DNA of 30,849 nucleotides from positions 1 through 30,849 of IMG/VR virus record IMGVR_UViG_3300037479_000046. One strand, written 5' to 3'. Made by a program: the position numbers and the translations under genes. This DNA is from a virus (taxonomy: Duplodnaviria > Caudoviricetes). The notes beneath the pieces are model-generated. The model was given only the letters and a program-made list of their open reading frames with translations, was not told where the DNA came from and did not search any database. Positions 24,090 to 30,849 of the stretch are shown one piece after another (the first letter of the stretch is position 1; each line of letters begins with the position of its first letter).

Positions 24090-24842
24090 TCACAGCACCT
24101 TGACGATGTGTGCCCCAGCGGCGACGGCCGCGGTTGAAGCGTGTACATCGTAGAGCACGGCGGCGCCGTGTACCAGTACTGATACCCCTGACGCCATGAG
24201 CGTCGTCGCCAGCGGCGTTCGGGACGTGAGCCCGTCGTACATTCGGAATGGCGCGGCGACCGGCCCGCTGAACGTTTGCGGGAACGCCGCCCATAGTCTG
24301 TGGCCGGACAGCGCCGTCGCAGCGTGCGTGAGGTTGCGACGCCCGCGCGGTACGTCGACGAGTGTTGCGTCTAGCCACGCCTGATCGATCACGCCCGGGA
24401 CGGCGGCGGCTCCACAGTAGATCGGGAACTGCTCGACGCAGCCGCGCAGTCTCGCGTTGATCGACACACGAGGAAATCCGTCGTCATCGCGACCGAGGTT
24501 GAGCGCCGCGCCGCCTGATACGCGGCACTCTGCCCACGGGCCGATCGTCGCCATATCCAACACGTCGACGAGCAACGTCGCGACGGCATGAAGCGTGAGC
24601 GCGTCGTCCTTGTCGCCGCGCACGCGCACGTTGACGCTGGGTCGCTCCACGCGCGACTTTTTCCCGCCGTCGACGAAGGGCTCTGCGTCAATGCCTGGCG
24701 TATCACTGACGTTGATCACGAGCGCGTCTCGCCCGGTGGCGACGGGGATATCTTCGTCGCCGACCTTGAGATTCACACCGAGGACGAAGCCAGCGACGTT
24801 ATCGGCTATGTATTGTGCGACGTCGTGGGCCGGCGTTGTCAT
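24090..24842 (-). CDS. Tail terminator / tail completion protein with C-terminal extension
   Basis: ERPSVNVRVRG...LGRDDDGFPRVSIN terminator motifs in first ~135 aa. Confidence 0.75.
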   Translation of the reverse strand: MTTPAHDVAQYIADNVAGFVLGVNLKVGDEDIPVATGRDALVINVSDTPGIDAEPFVDGGKKSRVERPSVNVRVRGDKDDALTLHAVATLLVDVLDMATIGPWAECRVSGGAALNLGRDDDGFPRVSINARLRGCVEQFPIYCGAAAVPGVIDQAWLDATLVDVPRGRRNLTHAATALSGHRLWAAFPQTFSGPVAAPFRMYDGLTSRTPLATTLMASGVSVLVHGAAVLYDVHASTAAVAAGAHIVKVL

Positions 24843-25210
24843 CGTGTCGCCTCGACGATGCGCCGCGCAAGACGACGCGCCATACCGGAGAGCGCCGCGT
24901 TGAGGGCGCGCTCCAGAAACTTAGATTTCGTCGCGTGCGTCTCGTGGACGACGAGCGCGTACGGCGCGAGAAACTGCACGTTGATCCGCGGGTCGCGCTC
25001 GCTGGGCCAGTACGCACGACCGCTGCGATACAGACGTCCGGTTCGGTACGGCGCGAGCGACTTCGCGCGCTCGATGATCTGTTCCGCCTCCGCGAACAAC
25101 GCGCGGCGGAACTTGAGCGGGTATTGCTCCGACAGGTTCAGCAAGCGCTCAGTTAGATTTTTGACGTCGCCCCGTCTGATCTCGAACTTGAGGGCGAACT
25201 CGCGAGCCAC
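24839..25210 (-). CDS. HK97 gp10-like neck protein
   Basis: AKSLAPYRTGRLYRS, APYALVVHE, KFLERAL; start reassigned to GTG 25210 with GGAGG upstream. Confidence 0.85.
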   Translation of the reverse strand: MAREFALKFEIRRGDVKNLTERLLNLSEQYPLKFRRALFAEAEQIIERAKSLAPYRTGRLYRSGRAYWPSERDPRINVQFLAPYALVVHETHATKSKFLERALNAALSGMARRLARRIVEATR

Positions 25211-25223
25211 AGCGAGCCTCCGC

Positions 25224-25583
25224 TCAGACCGAAAACTCGACGTGCCCACCAGAGCCCGCCATGCGCCGCGCATTGACGAGACGACGTGGGCTCCGAGCGT
25301 CGGCATCGTAGAACACGAAGCCGGGCGGGAACGTGCGCGGTGTGTCGTGGCCTGCGAACGGGGCAGTCCATACCCGATCGCGCTCGACGACCGTGGCCCT
25401 TGTCGCAACGTCGGTCTCGGTCGTGATCGTCGTGCCGTCCGCACGGCGCAGCTCGCGCCGACGCTCTTCGATGCGCGCCGGCACGACGACGGGAGCAAGG
25501 TACGTTGGGATCTGGTCCACGTTATCGTCGTCGACGAAGGAAGCGACCGCGATCTCGTCGATCATGTAGTCGTCAAATGTCAT
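25224..25583 (-). CDS. Head closure / head-tail joining protein
   Basis: Size, position, ARIEERRRELRRADGTTI motif. Confidence 0.7.
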   Translation of the reverse strand: MTFDDYMIDEIAVASFVDDDNVDQIPTYLAPVVVPARIEERRRELRRADGTTITTETDVATRATVVERDRVWTAPFAGHDTPRTFPPGFVFYDADARSPRRLVNARRMAGSGGHVEFSV

Positions 25584-26278
25584 GCCTGCACCACTCGCCG
25601 ACGCCTACGCAAGAGAGCTGCGCCCTCCGACGTAAATCCAGGCAGACCGTAATCTGCGCCGTCGTCGCGCGCGTATGTGACGGCGTGGCTCAAGAGGCGC
25701 TCGCTCTCGACGGTGCGATCGGCGCCTCTGTTGCGATACGCGGTCGACGACGCGAGCGTCACGGCGCGACGAATGTCCGACGGAAGATCGGCGATCGGCG
25801 GGGCAAGCGCAGGCTTGGCGCCCATGTTCGGCAACCACCAGCCGGCATCATAGGTGACCTCGATCCCGGTCTCTGCCTCGGTGTCCGCGTACGGGTCGCC
25901 GGCCGACACTCCCGGCGTGCGAACGCCGGTGAACGGCCAGGCGTCGCGGAAATATACGATGCCGGTGCGCCCCTCGCTCTCGACGATGTATCGATCGGGG
26001 TCGACGATCGACTCCTCGAACTTCACCTCGTCGACGACGCGGATCGGCGTCCGGCGCAGGCGGATCCGCGGCCACGCGCGCCCACGCGGGAACTCGACGA
26101 CGTCTGCGGCGTACGCCAGCGGCCCGCGGCCTAGGTAGACCTCCGCGGCCTGCGACAGCGCATCGATCGTCGCCTCGAGGAACGCCAGCGCATCGCCAGT
26201 GATCGACCCGACCGTGACGCCGAGCTCTCGCTCAACGTCGGCGACGGTGCAGAGGGCGAGGGTTGGTGTGACGGGCAC
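25580..26278 (-). CDS. Head-tail adaptor (gp6/gp15-like)
   Basis: LCTVADVERELG, SQAAEVYLGR, IEVTYDAGW, LPSDIRRAV, ESERL..HAVTY. Confidence 0.88.
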   Translation of the reverse strand: MPVTPTLALCTVADVERELGVTVGSITGDALAFLEATIDALSQAAEVYLGRGPLAYAADVVEFPRGRAWPRIRLRRTPIRVVDEVKFEESIVDPDRYIVESEGRTGIVYFRDAWPFTGVRTPGVSAGDPYADTEAETGIEVTYDAGWWLPNMGAKPALAPPIADLPSDIRRAVTLASSTAYRNRGADRTVESERLLSHAVTYARDDGADYGLPGFTSEGAALLRRRRRVVQA

Positions 26279-26290
26279 ACCGACGTCGTA

Positions 26291-26800
26291 TCACGTCGGA
26301 GAGACCAGCGGCCAGCGGGCGAGCCCCCACAACTCGGGCGCGGACAGCGGGCGCTTCACGCGGGTGACGGCATCGGACCAGTTCCCGTCGATGGAACAGA
26401 TCACGCCATCCTCGAACCGCTCGACGACACCGACGTGGTGACCGCGCCGGCCGATGTCCGATAGCCCGTCTGGGCCGAGAAACACGAGGTCCCCGGGGCG
26501 CGGGCGGGCGGCTGGCGCCCCGACGCCGTCGGCGATGAAGGCGCGCGCGGCCTCGATCGGGATGAAGGCACCCAAGTCGCCCAGAGCACGCTGGAGCTCG
26601 ACGACCGAGGGGATCAACCACTGGTTGCCCGGAAGCGGATGACCGATCGCGGAAAAGCCGGCGCGGACGAACCTGGCGCACCACGCTGCGGGGCGCTCGC
26701 CAGGCAGGGCGTATCGCCTCATGGGCTCGCCGTCGTTGCTGCGCGGCGGGTCCTCGCGCACGCCGACCTGTGAGGCGGCCCACTCGACGATCGTCGTCAC
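26291..26800 (-). CDS. CHAP-domain peptidoglycan hydrolase (probable endolysin)
   Basis: AASQVGVRE..SN.G, WCARFV (Cys), PRPGDLVF, HVGVVE (His), IDGN. Confidence 0.9.
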   Translation of the reverse strand: MTTIVEWAASQVGVREDPPRSNDGEPMRRYALPGERPAAWCARFVRAGFSAIGHPLPGNQWLIPSVVELQRALGDLGAFIPIEAARAFIADGVGAPAARPRPGDLVFLGPDGLSDIGRRGHHVGVVERFEDGVICSIDGNWSDAVTRVKRPLSAPELWGLARWPLVSPT

Positions 26801-27087
26801 CTCTTCGCCGCCTCAGTGCGTTCAAGCGCGGCGAGCGCGCCCTCTGCCTTGTCGGCGCGGCGGCGCAGCGCCTCGACGGCGCTCGTCGCGTCGTTGTCGC
26901 GCGAGCGCGGCTTTGGCACGCCGTCGAGGTGCAACACGGCAACCGGTGGACGGACGCCCTGCGCATTGAGTACCGATTGCGCCATTTCCACCGGCAGGGC
27001 AGCCACCTCGTCCTTCGCATAAGGCGCGCACGCTTGCGTGAACCGCACGAGCACCTTCTCTGAACGTCGCTTCGCCGTCGACGACAT
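26797..27087 (-). CDS. Hypothetical head-module protein
   Basis: GGAGG RBS; VRFTQACAPYAKDEVAALP motif then coiled coil; GTGA coupling to CHAP gene. Confidence 0.7.
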   Translation of the reverse strand: MSSTAKRRSEKVLVRFTQACAPYAKDEVAALPVEMAQSVLNAQGVRPPVAVLHLDGVPKPRSRDNDATSAVEALRRRADKAEGALAALERTEAAKR

Positions 27088-27100
27088 AAACGCCTCCGTG

Positions 27101-27132
27101 GAAACGTAACGGGCGCCGACGCGGCGCCCGTT
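27101..27132 (-). terminator. Putative intrinsic terminator/stabilising hairpin after capsid and decoration genes
   Basis: Perfect 11-bp stem AACGGGCGCCG-ACG-CGGCGCCCGTT (27108-27132); on - strand it runs into TTACGTTTC (weak U tract). Confidence 0.65.
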
Positions 27133-27171
27133 CGTAGCAGCGTTGTACCCCGCGCGCTGTCGACTCGTCTA

Positions 27172-27735
27172 TCAGGTCGTTTTGTAGGTCGCCTGCCACG
27201 TCTCGACGCGCGTCGGGGTCTTGTGAGGACCGCCGAGGATTGCGACCTCTTGGATCCTCACGATGTCGCCAGCGCCAGCGGGCCCGCCGAACACAGGCAG
27301 GGGGATGTTGAACCGGACGTGGCGGTGGAGCTCCACGAGCCGGAGATCGTATGCGAGCGTCTCCTGCGCTGCGGCGCCCGTGCCGTTGATCGTCTGTGTC
27401 GCGCTCGCCGTCGACGGCTGATGCGACGCAGGGACGTTGGCGAACGCCCCCGGCGTCGCGCCGGTCGGGTCGGTCGCATAGTCCGGCGCCGCGTGCTCCG
27501 GGTCCAGTTGGAGCGCGACCGACACGCCGACGGCCATCGTGTGTTGCACCGTCACGATCAGCTTGCACGACTCGAACATCTGCGCGCTGGCGTCTCCGCC
27601 ACCGCTGGGGATGCGGTCGATGGAGGCGCCGGTCAACGCCGCGGGCGCCGCGCCGGTCATTTCTTGTCGTCCGGCCGAGCGGTGTTCGAGGCCGGCGCCA
27701 ACGTCCTTGAGGTTTGCGAGTCCACCGAGGGTCAT
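27172..27735 (-). CDS. Probable capsid decoration / head protein
   Basis: Directly after capsid gene; TGASIDR...FESCKL...RHVRF...AILGG beta-rich pattern. Confidence 0.7.
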   Translation of the reverse strand: MTLGGLANLKDVGAGLEHRSAGRQEMTGAAPAALTGASIDRIPSGGGDASAQMFESCKLIVTVQHTMAVGVSVALQLDPEHAAPDYATDPTGATPGAFANVPASHQPSTASATQTINGTGAAAQETLAYDLRLVELHRHVRFNIPLPVFGGPAGAGDIVRIQEVAILGGPHKTPTRVETWQATYKTT

Positions 27736-27763
27736 CTGGTCGTCTCCTTTTGCGGCGCCTGGA

Positions 27764-29062
27764 TCAGTACCAGTCGACCGACGTGATGATCGTGATCTCG
27801 CGCCCGCGGAACCGGGCGTTGATGTCGTGGGCCATGAGAGCCCGAACCAGCGTCTCGTCCTGCTGGAACCCGTTCTGCTGGCCGTTCTGCGTGAACGACG
27901 CCTGATCGCTCACCACGATCTCGAGGTCGAACGCCTCGCCGACGATGATCGAGGCGAAATCCACAAGGTAGATTTCCGACTCGTCGCCACCGACACCGAG
28001 GTTCGTCGGGATGTTCGTCGTGGTTCGGAACGGGAGTCCCTCGATCGTGCCGGCGCGCATTTCATCGCGATACACGCGATTGCCGTTGCCGTCGCGCAGC
28101 TTCATCAGGAAGTTCTTCGTGCGCGGGTGCATGAGCCATCCGGGCCGGACCATGCGGATGTTCGCCGACTCGAGGCGGTCGATCGCGTTGACGAGATCGT
28201 CGGTGACCGTCTCGAGGGTCACGTTGCCGGCGTCGAGGGTGCGCGCGACGACGTTGGCGGCCGGCGCAAGCCAGCGCAGGCCCTTCGGCGTGTCCTGAGA
28301 GCCGTCGTCTCGGATGAGGGCGAGGTCTTTGCGGACGGAGAGTGTCTGCACGAGGTCGTCGCGGATCAGCTGATTCGCCTGCGGCACTGCATATCGCAGG
28401 AAATCATTCGAGACCGGGACGAGCGCTCCGAGTTTCTTCGCCGACAGCTTGAGCCGGCCGAACGTCGGCTGCGACGGCGTGATCGGTGCGACCTCGCCGA
28501 GATACTGCGCCGTCGCGCCCGTCTCCTGATGGTTCAACGACAGGTTGCCGTTTGGCATTGGGACCATCGCGGCTCCCGACGCCTCGATCACGACGGCGGC
28601 GCGAAGCAACTCCGTCACCTCGGCCATGATCGGCTCCGGCACGAGCAGACCGGCGCTCGCGGCGTCCTGCGCCTGGATCGCCTTTTCGATGTGCGCGACC
28701 GTCGCGTCGCGCTTCCACTCCTTGGCGATCTGGAGCGGCGTCACCATGACACCGCGCTGCTGCGTGTGGAACTTCGCGGCGGCGATGACACGAAGGAAGT
28801 CAGCCGCGGCAAGGCCACGCTTCTCATTCGGGTGGATCGACACACCGCCGTCGTGCGCCATGACCGCCGGCGCGCCCTCGCGCAGAACATCGATCGCGCG
28901 CTTGTTGTGCGCGGCGAGCTTGTCGTCGATCGACTTGCTGTGCGTCGCCAGCTTCGTGTTGAGCAAATGCTCGAAGCGCGAGAGCACGTCGACGCCCGCG
29001 CCGGCTCCGGCTCCGGCCCCCTCGGTACCAGCGGCAGTTTCCTTGACGTGCTTCGGGAACAT
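27764..29062 (-). CDS. Major capsid protein, HK97 fold
   Basis: AGLLVPE, PTFGRLKLSAKKLGALVPVSNDFL, GSQDTPKGL, WLMHPRT..L.KLRDGNG. Confidence 0.97.
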   Translation of the reverse strand: MFPKHVKETAAGTEGAGAGAGAGVDVLSRFEHLLNTKLATHSKSIDDKLAAHNKRAIDVLREGAPAVMAHDGGVSIHPNEKRGLAAADFLRVIAAAKFHTQQRGVMVTPLQIAKEWKRDATVAHIEKAIQAQDAASAGLLVPEPIMAEVTELLRAAVVIEASGAAMVPMPNGNLSLNHQETGATAQYLGEVAPITPSQPTFGRLKLSAKKLGALVPVSNDFLRYAVPQANQLIRDDLVQTLSVRKDLALIRDDGSQDTPKGLRWLAPAANVVARTLDAGNVTLETVTDDLVNAIDRLESANIRMVRPGWLMHPRTKNFLMKLRDGNGNRVYRDEMRAGTIEGLPFRTTTNIPTNLGVGGDESEIYLVDFASIIVGEAFDLEIVVSDQASFTQNGQQNGFQQDETLVRALMAHDINARFRGREITIITSVDWY

Positions 29063-29089
29063 TCGGCGTCTCCTTCGATCCGTGTTGAC

Positions 29090-30688
29090 CTACGCGAGCA
29101 CGCGCTCCGCGAGGGAAATCAGACGTTCGAGGTCGACCGGCTGAGCGGTCGTCCCTTGTTGCGTGGCATCTTCTCGTTTCTGCGCCTCGCTGTCCATGTT
29201 GTCATCACCCCTATCGCTCTCCTGCGATTCGCCTTCGGCCCGTTCCGCTTCGGTCAACATGGCGTTGGCGCTCGCTTGCGACGCGCTGGCGTCTCTCTCG
29301 CGCGCCTCTTGCTCCTCCGCGCTGCGCCCGTAGATGTTTGCGCGGACAGCGCGGGCGAACTCCTCCGCGCCAGACACCGCGCCAAGCGAGACGGCCACAC
29401 CCAGCCAGTCGATCACGTCCGGCGGGTACGGCGCATCGGCGATCGCCTTCTCGCCGGCCTCGTCCACTGTTCTGAACTCCGGCGGCTCCGCGCCGAAGTC
29501 GTCGCGGTAGTGCCGCGCGAGGTGCGCATACACGCCGCGACGGTCGGCCATCGGGACGTCGACGCCGCCGCGCGCGCCGAGCAGCGCACCCATCGCCGCC
29601 GTCAGCCCGCGCCACACGAGCGTGTGGTCGACGTTCGCGCGATGGTGCGGGAGCTTGTAGGAGCTCTTTGCATCCGGCTCATCGCTGTCGAACCATGCGC
29701 ACATGACGCGCAGATCATCGACGTCGGCGTCCGCCACCTCTGCGCCGCCATCCCACTCCGCGCCGCGCGCCGCGACGGGAGTCCCGCGCCGATGCGCGCT
29801 CGCGTACGTGATCGCTCCGCGTGTGGATTCGGCCCGGGCGGCGTCGCGTCTCTCCTTCGCCGTCGCTTCGCGTCCGAGACGATCCGTCTCCTCGCGTAGC
29901 GCCGGCAGCGAGAACACGCGCCCCGGCGCAATCAGTCGCCACGTCTCCGCGACGGCGTCGTCCCGCTTCTCGTCAAGCATTCGCTCCGTCACGCGCAGAG
30001 CTGGAGCGATGTCGATGCCGAGCCCGCGCGCTTGGACAAGAGCGTTTCGGTTGCTGGGCACGTTGACCGCGCTGTACTCGATCAGCTCCCACGCGAGGTA
30101 TCTCATCGCGAGCGGGCCGCGCTCCGACTCGAACACCCACTCCTTCGGGATGAAGCCGATCGAGAGCGCGCGCATGATGCGCTCCTCGAACATGCGACCG
30201 ATCATGTTCCCGAACTCGTCGACGTCCGGCGGGTTGAACGTCGCGACAGATCGCATCTGATTGCCGGCCGGGTGCGTGCCGAAGCCGTTCCCGATCGCCG
30301 GGATCGAGTGGTTGTGTCCAAAGAGAAGGACCGGGTTCTCTCGGTAGTGCGCGAGGTCGCCACCGCCGGGCTCGACGACATCGCGGTCGCGGTCCTCGCT
30401 GTCGTCGGTGATCACGACGGGGATCGCGATGCGTTCCATCGAGCCGAGGTCGTCACGGGCCGCGTCCTTCACGTCTTGCGCAGCGCCGGACAGAAAGCTC
30501 ATGGCGTCGTCGACGGAGCGCAGGCGTCGGCCGGCGAGCGCCGCGCCGTGCGACCGCGTGAGTACGTATTCCGTCGCGTCGGCCGGGAGTCCCGCGCCTG
30601 CCGGGATGACAACGCCGTTCGACGTGGCACGCGCGGCGTCCTTCCACAGAGAGACGAGCTTCGGGTCGATCAGATATGCGCGGGACAT
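29090..30688 (-). CDS. Prohead maturation protease (HK97-type) with additional C-terminal domain
   Basis: DRDRDVV, YRENPVLLFGHNH, ALSIGF, WELIEYSAVNVPSNRNAL; extra YKLPHH...GARGGVDVP...HLARHY domain. Confidence 0.93.
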   Translation of the reverse strand: MSRAYLIDPKLVSLWKDAARATSNGVVIPAGAGLPADATEYVLTRSHGAALAGRRLRSVDDAMSFLSGAAQDVKDAARDDLGSMERIAIPVVITDDSEDRDRDVVEPGGGDLAHYRENPVLLFGHNHSIPAIGNGFGTHPAGNQMRSVATFNPPDVDEFGNMIGRMFEERIMRALSIGFIPKEWVFESERGPLAMRYLAWELIEYSAVNVPSNRNALVQARGLGIDIAPALRVTERMLDEKRDDAVAETWRLIAPGRVFSLPALREETDRLGREATAKERRDAARAESTRGAITYASAHRRGTPVAARGAEWDGGAEVADADVDDLRVMCAWFDSDEPDAKSSYKLPHHRANVDHTLVWRGLTAAMGALLGARGGVDVPMADRRGVYAHLARHYRDDFGAEPPEFRTVDEAGEKAIADAPYPPDVIDWLGVAVSLGAVSGAEEFARAVRANIYGRSAEEQEARERDASASQASANAMLTEAERAEGESQESDRGDDNMDSEAQKREDATQQGTTAQPVDLERLISLAERVLA

Positions 30689-30699
30689 TGGACCTCCGA

Positions 30700-30849
30700 T
30701 CAGATGACCGTTTCGAGTTTGCTCAGGACGGCGCGCTCTTGCTCGCGCAGCGCCCGCACGAGTGCTTCGTTCATTTGGCGCTCGTGTCTGGCGGCGCTGC
30801 GATCAAATGCACGCCAGACGTCGGCGTAGTCTTTCTCGTCGCGCGCCGC
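30700..30849 (-). CDS. 3' end of portal or head-morphogenesis protein (truncated by window; not in ORF track)
   Basis: Reads AARDEKDYADVWRAFDRSAARHERQMNEALVRALREQERAVLSKLETVI-stop, ending 11 nt before the protease start. Confidence 0.6.
   Translation of the reverse strand, partial: AARDEKDYADVWRAFDRSAARHERQMNEALVRALREQERAVLSKLETVI

Larger units (their letters stand above)
1..30849. mobile_element. Tailed dsDNA bacteriophage/prophage segment (siphovirus-type); extends beyond both window edges
   Basis: Ordered protease-capsid-neck-tail tube-chaperone-tape measure-tail tip genes on the - strand; YqaJ/ERF/initiator/DnaB/MTase/RuvC module on the + strand; tightly coupled ATGA/GTGA/TGATG overlaps; no tail sheath gene seen. 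Confidence 0.97.

Noticed and set aside
28995-29020. CCGGCT repeat in capsid gene
   Set aside because: Encodes a short Gly-Ala linker in the N-terminal region; ordinary low complexity.
27539-29899. 786-aa + strand ORF
   Set aside because: Antisense shadow of the capsid and protease genes; Arg/His/Val-rich with no motifs, as expected from high-GC codon bias.

Overview
A 30.8-kb, very GC-rich segment of a tailed dsDNA phage or prophage with siphovirus-type morphogenesis genes. No integrase, repressor or att site is visible, so lifestyle cannot be fixed from this window. The + strand (1-10510) is an early/replication arm. It carries a 5'-truncated, possibly Sm-like gene followed by two paralogous Ser/Gly/Arg/Trp-repeat micro-ORFs (one mis-started and one absent in the ORF track), an excisionase-type HTH protein, a YqaJ exonuclease and ERF recombinase, a replication initiator with an internal iteron origin, and a DnaB helicase. 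These are followed by three tandem DNA-modification genes (C5-MTase-like, Mom-family, amino-MTase), an internally deleted Gp37Gp68/DUF5131 gene, a RuvC-like resolvase and small regulators. The - strand (30849 to 10497) is the late arm: portal/head-morphogenesis C-terminus, prohead protease, HK97 capsid, decoration protein, a CHAP lysin inside the head genes, neck genes, tail tube, frameshifted tail chaperones, tape measure, two paralogous LamG tail proteins and a large tail-tip protein. The most unusual locus is where the arms meet (10497-12072). A holin-like membrane protein is followed by a stand-alone MshEN (c-di-GMP-binding motif) protein, and both sit back-to-back with an oppositely oriented patatin phospholipase; the two ribosome-binding sites form a 9-bp inverted repeat. 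All product calls come from motif recognition by eye; no database search was run.
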